From positions 519,135-583,134 of the forward strand of contig JAYQIQ010000004.1 in the NCBI GenBank assembly GCA_038141705.1: a stretch of DNA of 64,000 bases, written 5' to 3'. Within the stretch, counting starts at the first letter, position 1. Every line of letters begins with the position of its first letter. The notes beneath the pieces are model-generated. The model was given only the letters and a program-made list of their open reading frames with translations. It did not search any database and was not told where the DNA came from. The position numbers were made by a program, and so were the translations under genes. This document shows positions 34,482 to 42,747 of this stretch, piece by piece. The DNA is from Candidatus Eutrophomonas brisbanensis. Its GTDB lineage: Bacteria > Pseudomonadota > Gammaproteobacteria > Burkholderiales > Eutrophovitaceae.

Positions 34482-35633
34482 ATGACGTCTCCCAAAATAA
34501 TCGACTTAACCTGCTACCCAACTTCTTTTCGGGTACCCCCAGAAAACGCAGTGCATCTGGGAATCGGAAGGATGGTAAAGCGCGATGCAATCATCGTAAA
34601 AGTGACGCTCGATAATGGCGTTACCGGCTGGGGAGAAGCCCACCATGGCCGATCTCCTGGTGCTGTGAGTCGACTTATCGAAACATCTCTCAAGCAACAT
34701 GTGATCAATCAAGACATACACAACATTGGGGGCATTTGGGAGAAACTGTACCGAGCGCAAGTGGCAAGCCATGGCCTTGGGGCTGGGGGATGTTTGGGAA
34801 TCTCAGGCATCGATATGGCTCTGTGGGATGCACGCGCGAAACATTTAGGGATTCCACTCTTCCAGCTGCTTGGCGGTGAATTAAAAGATGTCCGAGCCTA
34901 CGCAGGAGGATTATCACTTGGATATCAAGCACCAGAAGCGCTCGCTGCCGAAGCACAAAGCTATAAAGATCAAGGCTACGCGGCGCTGAAATTACGGATC
35001 GGAAAATCCGTCGAGGACGATCGGAGAGCCATCACGGCAACAAGAACACAAGTTGGGGATTCAGTTGACATCCTAGTCGATGCCAATACCGCCTACTCGG
35101 TATCGGATGTTCGGGCAATCATGCCAACGCTACTCGACAACTCTATTGGTTGGTTAGAAGAACCGTTTCCGGCGTACCACTACAAAGAGTATCAGCGCAT
35201 CAAACCGATTGCAGGTTTGCCCATCGCTGCCGGAGAAAACCACTACACCCGATTTGAGTTTCTACGACTTATTGAAGATGGAGTCGTAGAGATTCTCCAA
35301 CCCGATCTTTCAAAGTGCGGCGGGATTACCGAAGCCTTGCGAATTAGTGCGATGGCGAGCGCGCATGGCTTACCGATTCATCCGCACACCTCTATCACCG
35401 GCATCAACATGGCTGCGTCAATACATTTCCTGTCCGCAATCAATAACCCGGGATATTTCGAGGCAGACGTATCGAAAAATAATTTGTTTCGCGATGAACT
35501 GGTTCACCCAGCCCCTTTTGTTATTTCCGAAAAGGGAACGACGCAAGCACTCTCTGGGCCGGGAATCGGGGTCAGTGTGAATGAGGATTTTCTGCAAGCA
35601 CACCCCCTGATCGAGGGGCCGTCTTACATTTAG
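34482..35633 (+). CDS. Enolase-superfamily enzyme (mandelate racemase / acid-sugar dehydratase-like)
   Basis: GWGEA, MALWDARAK, metal-ligand contexts VDAN / LEEP / AAGEN, and PDLSKCGGITE followed by HPH. Confidence 0.85.
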   Translation: MTSPKIIDLTCYPTSFRVPPENAVHLGIGRMVKRDAIIVKVTLDNGVTGWGEAHHGRSPGAVSRLIETSLKQHVINQDIHNIGGIWEKLYRAQVASHGLGAGGCLGISGIDMALWDARAKHLGIPLFQLLGGELKDVRAYAGGLSLGYQAPEALAAEAQSYKDQGYAALKLRIGKSVEDDRRAITATRTQVGDSVDILVDANTAYSVSDVRAIMPTLLDNSIGWLEEPFPAYHYKEYQRIKPIAGLPIAAGENHYTRFEFLRLIEDGVVEILQPDLSKCGGITEALRISAMASAHGLPIHPHTSITGINMAASIHFLSAINNPGYFEADVSKNNLFRDELVHPAPFVISEKGTTQALSGPGIGVSVNEDFLQAHPLIEGPSYI

Positions 35634-35718
35634 GCTGGTAAAATACGGCGCTAAGAAAACTGAGTGCTTCGATGAATTCTGGCACTCAAACCCTGAACCA
35701 AAAAATTAAGCTCTCGCT

Positions 35719-37461
35719 GTGACCGAAAAAAATACCGCCTCTGATAGTAACTTCATCAAGACCATCATTGACTCAGACTTGAAGAACGATATCTTCAAGG
35801 CTCGTCGATGGAAAGGCTCCCCAGGAGAGAAACAGTCGCACGCGAACGCCCCGGTAGATCATGCAAAAATTCGAACGCGGTTTCCCCCTGAGCCCAATGG
35901 CTACCTACACATCGGTCATGCAAAGTCGATCTTTCTAAATTTTGGTTTGGCGAAAGAATATGGCGGGAGCTGTCACCTACGATTTGATGATACCAATCCG
36001 TCTACCGAGAACGTGGAATACGTGGACTCCATTCGAGAGTCCGTCAAGTGGCTAGGATTTGACTGGCAAGAGCACGAATACTTCTCATCGGGCTACTTTG
36101 AGAATCTTCACACGTTCGCCATTGGGTTAATCGAATCGGGCGATGCCTATGTGGACTCACTCAGCGCCGATGAAATACGCGAATATCGTGGAACGTTGAC
36201 GAGCCCAGGAAAAAATAGCCCCTACCGAGATCGCCCCATCGAGGAAAATTTAAAAATTTTTTCTGAGATGAGAAATGGAAAACACGCGGAAGGCAGTCAT
36301 GTTCTGCGATTAAAGATCGATATGGCAAGCCCCAATGTCAATTTAAGAGACCCGGTAGCGTATCGCATCAAACATGCCGAGCATCACCGCACTGGAGACA
36401 CTTGGCCCATTTACCCCAGTTACGACTTTACGCATGGTGTTTCCGACGCCCTTGAAAATATTACCCACTCGATCTGTACACTCGAATTTGAAGATCATCG
36501 CCCCTTGTACAACTGGATAAACGAAAAACTGTTGTCCTTGGGATACCTTCAAAGTCCTCTTCCCCAACAGATCGAGTTTGCGAGACTCAATCTCTCTCAC
36601 GTCGTTTTATCGAAACGAAAACTGATACAGCTTGTTAACGAAAATCACGTTGAAGGATGGGATGATCCACGTATGCCGACCCTAGTCGGAGCGAGACGCA
36701 GAGGATATCCTCCAGAGGGATTTAAATTATTTACCGATCGTATTGGCGTTTCAAAGGCCGACTCGTGGATCGATTACACCGTGTTTGAAGACTGTATGCG
36801 AGAAGTCTTAAATGAACAAACGCTGAGGAAAGTCGCAGTACTCAATCCGATCAAACTCGTTATTGAAAACTACGAAGACGGGTCCTCCGAGCTTTGTGAA
36901 GCCCCCAACCACCCTCAGAAAGAAGCGCTGGGATCGAGAACGATTTCTTTCTCAAAAAACTTGTGGATTGAGCGAGAAGACTTTGCAGAAGATCCTCCCA
37001 AGGGATACCGAAGACTATTTGTCGGTAACAGCGTGAGATTACGCTACGGATACGTCGTCAAATGTACGGGATTCGAAAAAGATGCAAATGGAGAAATCAC
37101 AGAGGTTCGCTGCGAATATTTCCCCGATTCAAAATCAGGGACCCCCGGGGCAGATAACTATAAAGTGAAAGGAAATATTCACTGGGTAGACTCCGCAACT
37201 GCAAAAGAAGCTACCGTCATTTTATTTGATCGTTTGTTCCAGCACGAGCGCCCCGGTAGCGAGCGCGATTTTCTGGAAGATTTAAATAAGGCGTCAAAAG
37301 AAGCGATTCACGTTCAAATCGAAGCGAGTATTGATGAAGCGAAAATTGGAGATTGCTTTCAGTTTGAGCGGCATGGATATTTCTCGGTTGATAAAACATC
37401 GAGCCCAGAGCAATTGGTTTTTAATCGCACGGTAACCCTCCGAGACGGCTGGAAACCCTAG
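35719..37461 (+). CDS. glnS: Glutamine--tRNA ligase (GTG start)
   Basis: TRFPPEPNGYLHIGHAKS (HIGH), VLSKRKL (KMSKS-type), and colinear with E. coli GlnRS through the C-terminal anticodon-binding domain. Confidence 0.96.
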   Translation: MTEKNTASDSNFIKTIIDSDLKNDIFKARRWKGSPGEKQSHANAPVDHAKIRTRFPPEPNGYLHIGHAKSIFLNFGLAKEYGGSCHLRFDDTNPSTENVEYVDSIRESVKWLGFDWQEHEYFSSGYFENLHTFAIGLIESGDAYVDSLSADEIREYRGTLTSPGKNSPYRDRPIEENLKIFSEMRNGKHAEGSHVLRLKIDMASPNVNLRDPVAYRIKHAEHHRTGDTWPIYPSYDFTHGVSDALENITHSICTLEFEDHRPLYNWINEKLLSLGYLQSPLPQQIEFARLNLSHVVLSKRKLIQLVNENHVEGWDDPRMPTLVGARRRGYPPEGFKLFTDRIGVSKADSWIDYTVFEDCMREVLNEQTLRKVAVLNPIKLVIENYEDGSSELCEAPNHPQKEALGSRTISFSKNLWIEREDFAEDPPKGYRRLFVGNSVRLRYGYVVKCTGFEKDANGEITEVRCEYFPDSKSGTPGADNYKVKGNIHWVDSATAKEATVILFDRLFQHERPGSERDFLEDLNKASKEAIHVQIEASIDEAKIGDCFQFERHGYFSVDKTSSPEQLVFNRTVTLRDGWKP

Positions 37462-37474
37462 TACGCTTTTACTC

Positions 37475-37503
37475 AAGCGCGCTCGATCACTGCGCTTTAT
37501 TTC
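37475..37503 (+). terminator. Weak candidate intrinsic terminator after glnS
   Basis: AAGCGC(37475-37480)/GCGCTT(37492-37497) stem with an 11-nt loop, then TATTTC. Short stem and an imperfect U-tract. Confidence 0.25.
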
Positions 37504-37604
37504 GGTAGGCAAAACCCGCACAGTTCAATTGTAGAAATTTTTCTGTGAGTAGCGTAGCGTTACGCAATGACCACCTTGATCGGTTGGAAACACAGCGGGG
37601 GAAT

Positions 37605-39266
37605 ATGGAAAAACGTGGATTTGACACATTTCTAGAGCTACTGTCCTCTGAGGGCGTTGAGTACCTATTTGGTAATCCTGGAACCACAGAGCTCGCCATC
37701 ATGGAGGCTGTGGGGAAACAGCAATCCATCGAGTACATTCTCGGCCTTCAAGAGGCCGTGGTCGTTGCAATGGCAGACGGATACTCGCGGGCTAGCGGAA
37801 AGCTATCGGTCGCAAATGTTCACGTAGCCCCTGGCCTGGGTAACGCGATGGGATCGATCTTTAATGCAAAATTTTACGGCTCTCCCGTCTTGATTACCGC
37901 CGGTCAACAAGAACAAGGTCACGGGTTGATGGAGCCAATGCTCTACGATCCCCTCGTGCCCATTGCCCAACCACTCGTGAAGTGGGCAATTGAATGCACT
38001 CAATTAGCCGATTTGCCACGAATTATCCGTCGCGCAGTAAAGGTTGCGTTAACTCCGCCAACGGGTCCCGTGTTCTTAAGTCTTCCAGGAGATGTGCTCG
38101 ATGACACTTTGAGTAGTGACATTGGCTCTCCTACTCGGATCGACACTCGGGTGCGACCGAGTGAGGTTGTTCTCGAAGAGCTTGCGAACAAAATATTATC
38201 AGCAACGAACCCCGTGATTGTTGCTGGTCACGAATTGTCTACGAGAAATGCAATTGAAGAAGCGATGGCTTTTTCTGAGGCAATTGGAGCCGGTGTGTTT
38301 CAACAAACGGTTGCGTACTCGGCTCAGTACCGAAGTGAGCATCGGGCATTTCGAGGAGCGCTACCAAGAAACCAAAAAGTCTGCCACGACCTTCTAGCCC
38401 CGCATGATCTCATCATTTTCTTGGGTGCGGATGTCCTACGCATGTCCGTTTATAGCGCTATAGACCCTTTACCTTCCAGTGTCCGCGTCATCCAAATTGG
38501 TGAGCGCGATTGGGAATTGGGAAAAAACTATCCTGCTGAGCTCGCCATTCGAGCCGATATCAAAGAAACCTTACTGTCCCTTAATAAGCTTCTCGCACAA
38601 AAAATGTCATCGACGCAAAAAGCAGTCGCTGCCGAGAGGCTCGCTGAGGTCGAAAAAACGAATTGGGTCACAAAACGCGAGAAACTCATTGTAGAAACAG
38701 AAAAATTGGGGAACGTCACACCGATCCTCTCCGCAAAGCTCGCAATGGATATCGCTGCAGCAATACCAACGGACGCGGTCGTCGTGGAAGAAGCACTTAG
38801 CTCGTCGTTTAAATTACTCGACTACGTACCGCTTCGCGATCACCAAAGTTACTATGGCCTCGCATCCGGTGGAATTGGCTTCGCAACCGCTGGAGCCATT
38901 GGCATTTCCTTAGCGCTTCCTAACCGACCGATCGTTGCATTAATCGGCGACGGAAGTTCCATGTACAGCATTCAGGCGCTCTGGACTGCCGCGCACCTCA
39001 AACGACCGATTACCTACATCATCGCGAATAATCGTGGATACAAAATTCTTAAACAACGACTACGATCCTTCCGCAAAGCGGAGAACTATGTCGGAATGGA
39101 AATCAATAACCCTGCGATTGACTTCGTTCGAATGGGAGAATCGATGGGACTCACGTCCACTCGTGTACAAGATCCCAAAGACCTCAAAGATGCGATTGCA
39201 CGTGGGATTAAAAGCAATGCTCCAAACTTAATCGAAGTAGAGATCAGCGCAGACCTCGATACGTAA
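37605..39266 (+). CDS. Thiamine-diphosphate enzyme, benzoylformate-decarboxylase-like
   Basis: GVEYLFGNPGTTEL..., LQEAVVVAMADGYSRASGK, APGLGNAMGSI and ITAGQQ are colinear with Pseudomonas putida MdlC as I remember it. C-terminal ThDP motif GDGSSMYS...NN. The start is trimmed to the ATG at 37605. Confidence 0.85.
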   Translation: MEKRGFDTFLELLSSEGVEYLFGNPGTTELAIMEAVGKQQSIEYILGLQEAVVVAMADGYSRASGKLSVANVHVAPGLGNAMGSIFNAKFYGSPVLITAGQQEQGHGLMEPMLYDPLVPIAQPLVKWAIECTQLADLPRIIRRAVKVALTPPTGPVFLSLPGDVLDDTLSSDIGSPTRIDTRVRPSEVVLEELANKILSATNPVIVAGHELSTRNAIEEAMAFSEAIGAGVFQQTVAYSAQYRSEHRAFRGALPRNQKVCHDLLAPHDLIIFLGADVLRMSVYSAIDPLPSSVRVIQIGERDWELGKNYPAELAIRADIKETLLSLNKLLAQKMSSTQKAVAAERLAEVEKTNWVTKREKLIVETEKLGNVTPILSAKLAMDIAAAIPTDAVVVEEALSSSFKLLDYVPLRDHQSYYGLASGGIGFATAGAIGISLALPNRPIVALIGDGSSMYSIQALWTAAHLKRPITYIIANNRGYKILKQRLRSFRKAENYVGMEINNPAIDFVRMGESMGLTSTRVQDPKDLKDAIARGIKSNAPNLIEVEISADLDT

Positions 39267-39276
39267 TTTTTTTCTT

Positions 39277-40116
39277 ATGTCCACTGCAATCAAGCGAGAT
39301 GTCGTCGATTATTACGACACCCACCCGATCAATGAACAGCAAATCATTGACAAACTCTCGCTAGATAAAAACACCCTTCAACCCCTGAATGCCCAGGACT
39401 TATACGCGCACGATCAAGATCATTATGGGGGAACCGAAGCTACGAAGATTTTAGGAGACGCAGCAGAACTATCGAAAGATGATTTCGTGCTGGATATCTG
39501 CTCTGGCATGGGTGGACCCTCTCGGTATTTGAGCGCTGAGTACGGCTGTCGCGTCACGGGCGTGGATATGACCTTCTCGCGATGTGTAGCTGCAAAGAAT
39601 CTGAGCAATATGGTGGGGTTGAGCCAGCAAGCGAAATTCATTCAGGGAAATGCGCAAGGACTACCTTTTCAAGCAAATACGTTTGATTGCATCGTCGGCC
39701 AAGAGGCCTGGTGTCACGTTCCCTCAAAAGAAAAACTCATCGCAGAATGTCAGCGTACGTTAAAACCTGGTGGCAGAGTCGCTTTTACCGACATCATTCG
39801 AACGGATACGATTTCATCGTTTTTACTGGATCGACTAAAAAACGAAATGACATTCCATAATCTTGCAACCGCAACTGAATATAAAACATTGCTCGAGAAA
39901 AACGGCTTCGCGATCAATCGACAAGATGATCTCTCGCAAGAATGGACACAGCTTCTCGAAGAACGACTGAGAATGTACCGAAGCTTGTCAAATAGCACAG
40001 CAAAATCTTTTGGCGAAGCAAGATCGGAAGAATGGGATGTCGCTTACACGAATTTTGTAGGCCACTTCGGAGCTGGGGAACTCGGTGGAGTTCGATTTAT
40101 TGCAACCAAATTGTAA
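39277..40116 (+). CDS. Class I SAM-dependent methyltransferase
   Basis: VLDICSGMGGPSRYL (motif I), GVDM, GNAQGLPF and LKPGGRVAFTD. Confidence 0.85.
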   Translation: MSTAIKRDVVDYYDTHPINEQQIIDKLSLDKNTLQPLNAQDLYAHDQDHYGGTEATKILGDAAELSKDDFVLDICSGMGGPSRYLSAEYGCRVTGVDMTFSRCVAAKNLSNMVGLSQQAKFIQGNAQGLPFQANTFDCIVGQEAWCHVPSKEKLIAECQRTLKPGGRVAFTDIIRTDTISSFLLDRLKNEMTFHNLATATEYKTLLEKNGFAINRQDDLSQEWTQLLEERLRMYRSLSNSTAKSFGEARSEEWDVAYTNFVGHFGAGELGGVRFIATKL

Positions 40117-40150
40117 ACTTCGATAAAAATTTCATAGTTGAGTAACAGTT

Positions 40151-41005
40151 ATGCTTGAGCATCTCCAAATCAGAAAACTCACTCCACACTTTGGCGCCGA
40201 AGTGATCGGGCTCGATCTCAGTGTGTCCATGAGTAGCGAAGACTTCGAACACATCCGAAATCTATTTCTTGAGTACCAGTTGCTCTATTTTGGTCAGCAA
40301 CAATTAAGCGATAGCGATCACGTTCGGGTGGGGCAACAATTTGGAACGCTACAAGTCCATGTTATGAACCAGTATCACGCGAATCAACATCCAGAGCTTT
40401 ATCGTTTATCGAACGTAGGTGCTGATGGCAAACCAAACGGTCAGTACCCCGACAAAGGAACGTTAGCTTGGCACACCGATGCCTCTTGGCAGGCATTGAC
40501 GGGTCAAGCAACCTTGATTTATTGCGAGATCGCGCCCAAACAAGGCGGAGAGACACACTTTTGCGATACCTATGGGCTCTATGATCGCTTAAGCCCCGCC
40601 TGGAAAGAACGACTACAAGATAAAAAAGCAGTGCACAGTTTAGATTTTTCGCGTAACCGAAGACATGGACACCAACCAATGACGGAGGATCAACGTGCGG
40701 CAGTACCGCCAGGTGAACACCCGATTCTTCGAACGCATCCGGATACGAATCGAAAGTCGCTGTATCTAGGAGATCACGCGGAATACATTAAAGACGTATC
40801 CTATGAGGAAGGAAGACAATGGATTGATGAACTCAATACCATTGGAGCAGAAGACGAATTGGTGTACCGTCATCAATGGAGCGATCACGACTTTCTGGTT
40901 TGGGACAACCGTTGCTTGTTGCATAAAGTGATGGAATATGATGCAGCAACAGAGAAGAGAATTGTTCGAAGATGCACCGTTATCGATCCGAGGCCACCCG
41001 CGTAA
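40151..41005 (+). CDS. TauD/TfdA-family Fe(II)/2-oxoglutarate dioxygenase
   Basis: WHTDASW (HxD), distal His in a WDNRCLLHK context, and C-terminal RRCTV. Confidence 0.85.
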   Translation: MLEHLQIRKLTPHFGAEVIGLDLSVSMSSEDFEHIRNLFLEYQLLYFGQQQLSDSDHVRVGQQFGTLQVHVMNQYHANQHPELYRLSNVGADGKPNGQYPDKGTLAWHTDASWQALTGQATLIYCEIAPKQGGETHFCDTYGLYDRLSPAWKERLQDKKAVHSLDFSRNRRHGHQPMTEDQRAAVPPGEHPILRTHPDTNRKSLYLGDHAEYIKDVSYEEGRQWIDELNTIGAEDELVYRHQWSDHDFLVWDNRCLLHKVMEYDAATEKRIVRRCTVIDPRPPA

Positions 41006-41020
41006 TTAAAGGAAACCCTT

Positions 41021-41818
41021 ATGGAAAAATTAGTTAATCCCGCTAGAGAACGACTCGCTAATAATGAACTCGCGATCGGCATTGGTGTTCGACATGTTCG
41101 AGGACCTGAAGTCGCCCCCATAATGAAAAGCGCGGGTTTTGATTGGCTCTTCATTGATCTCGAACACGGGGCAACATCGGTTGAAACGGCAGCCTCGATT
41201 TGTGTGAGCGCACTCGCTACTGGTATCGCGCCGATCGTTCGAGTTCCGCAAGGCGACTTAAATTTAGGTACGCGATGCTTAGACGCGGGAGCACTCGGTA
41301 TTGTCATGCCGCACGTTGATACGGTGGAACAAGCGAAGCAATTGGTTGCGGCGTTTAAGTTCTCTCCGATGGGCAAACGCTCGATTGCTGGAAACTATGC
41401 GCAGTTTGGATTCACCTCAATTAATGCAGCAGACACCACCCGACTTTTTAATGAATCCATATTAGTGATTCCGATGATTGAAACACCCCTTGCAGTCGAA
41501 AACGCAGCTGCGATTGCCGCAGTTCCAGGCATTGATGCGCTCTTAATTGGCACCAATGATCTGAGTTTAGAGATGGGAATTCCTGGTGGGATTAGTGATG
41601 CGAGAGTCGCCGCTGCAATTGAAAAAGTTGTGAAAGCCTGTAATGACAATGGTAAATGGCCAGGCCTCGGTGGAGTCTACGATCAACCGCTATTAGAAAA
41701 ATATATTGCCAAAGGCGTGCGACTGATCTTGGCAGGCAACGACGTGAGCCTACTTCTCTCAGCCGCAACCAATCAAGCGTCTTTTGTTAGAAAGTGCGTT
41801 AAATCGTTACGTAGCTAA
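41021..41818 (+). CDS. HpcH/HpaI-family 2-keto-3-deoxy-acid aldolase
   Basis: FDWLFIDLEHG, VRVP, GIVMPHV, PMIET and LLIGTNDLS are typical of HpcH/HpaI/RhmA aldolases. Confidence 0.88.
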   Translation: MEKLVNPARERLANNELAIGIGVRHVRGPEVAPIMKSAGFDWLFIDLEHGATSVETAASICVSALATGIAPIVRVPQGDLNLGTRCLDAGALGIVMPHVDTVEQAKQLVAAFKFSPMGKRSIAGNYAQFGFTSINAADTTRLFNESILVIPMIETPLAVENAAAIAAVPGIDALLIGTNDLSLEMGIPGGISDARVAAAIEKVVKACNDNGKWPGLGGVYDQPLLEKYIAKGVRLILAGNDVSLLLSAATNQASFVRKCVKSLRS

Positions 41819-41841
41819 TAATAAGAAATGAAAAAGGTGAA

Positions 41842-41908
41842 GCCCCCAGTACGCTTGCCTGCCTCAGGAGGGGATGGCAGCAGTTCGTCACAAACACGTA
41901 CTGGGGTC
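41842..41908. terminator. Long nested inverted repeat between convergent operons (possible bidirectional terminator)
   Basis: CCCCAGTACG (41844-41853) is perfectly complementary to CGTACTGGGG (41897-41906), extendable to 13 bp with one mismatch. An inner CTGCC...GGCAG stem lies in the loop. It sits between the aldolase stop (41818) and the lipoprotein stop (41944). Confidence 0.4.
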
Positions 41909-41943
41909 TTCGGGAGGAGAACTAAAAACCCAATACCACTTCC

Positions 41944-42135
41944 CTACTGGTTTGAAGCAATATCATCCGTCTCGTCACAATCGCGCTCGGTCACCTCAGC
42001 AATTTCAACCTCTTCAGTTAAAAAGGTCTGAGCCTGAATATCTGGTTCAGGATTAAATACGACACTTTGTTTCTTACTGTTGTCATCGCAAGCCGGAAGC
42101 ATCAGCACAAAAACAACAACGATTATCTTTCTCAT
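41944..42135 (-). CDS. Small acidic putative lipoprotein, third gene of the sortase operon
   Basis: MRKIIVVVFVLMLPAC... (signal peptide plus Cys), 63 aa, very acidic C-terminal half. GGAG lies 9 nt upstream of the ATG, and the gene starts 11 nt after the corrected sortase stop. In the ORF track it is hidden inside the read-through ORF 41944-42759. Confidence 0.5.
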   Translation of the reverse strand: MRKIIVVVFVLMLPACDDNSKKQSVVFNPEPDIQAQTFLTEEVEIAEVTERDCDETDDIASNQ

Positions 42136-42146
42136 TTTCGTCTCCA

Positions 42147-42747
42147 TTAGATTTGAATATTGGGAACGTCTTTTGAAACTAGTTTTGCGGTCACCACATA
42201 ACGAAGCGGACCACCGTAAGATTGGCGAATCAAATGGGTAGCAAGTAATCAACGTGAGTCGATCATCACCAAAGTCCTCTGCTACTTCGGTGTATTTTTT
42301 ATCCACGACCTGAATATCCGTGACCTCATAACGCTTGAGATCATGATTAGCGGACTCGAGATCTATTGAGTCACCTAAGAGCACATTCTTAAGCGCACGA
42401 AAGTGAGTATCTCGATGGCCACTGATCACAATATTTCCGGCAGCTCCTGGGGGTGGAGATCCTTCAAGGTGACCAGGGCCAAAGGCGAGTGAGCTGCCAG
42501 TTGCACCAGCAAGAACAATGAGGTCTAAATCTATTCGATCCAATTTAATATGGGCTACAGGATGGGTATCTGCCCATGGCCAAGGTTTGATCTTGGATTT
42601 ATCTGAATCTGTTTCTGCCCAAGCTGACTTAATCATCATCTGAGCTACCCACGCCTTTGCATGTATGTAGCCTGCCTCACATAGATTCCAAGTAGCCAAG
42701 GCGAATAAACCGAGTAATAAGTAGTGACGCAAACTGAGTGTTCTCAT
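42147..42747 (-). pseudogene. Class GN (marine proteobacterial type) sortase; one frameshift near the 3' end
   Basis: N-terminal TM, VISGHRDTHF (His) and TLITCYPF (catalytic Cys). After about 42212-42228 a second frame restores GGPLRYVVTAKL... and stops at 42147. The ATG at 42747 overlaps the corrected target-gene stop (ATGA). Confidence 0.85.

Noticed and set aside
34482-39266. A mandelate pathway (mandelate-racemase-family gene plus benzoylformate-decarboxylase-family gene)
   Set aside because: The two genes are separated by glnS. No mandelate dehydrogenase or benzaldehyde dehydrogenase is present, and both families are large and functionally diverse. The resemblance is at superfamily level only.
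41828-42056. Two overlapping plus-strand ORFs (67 and 60 aa) after the aldolase gene
   Set aside because: They span the convergent hairpin (41842-41908) and are antisense to the better-supported lipoprotein gene. There is no RBS or family signal.
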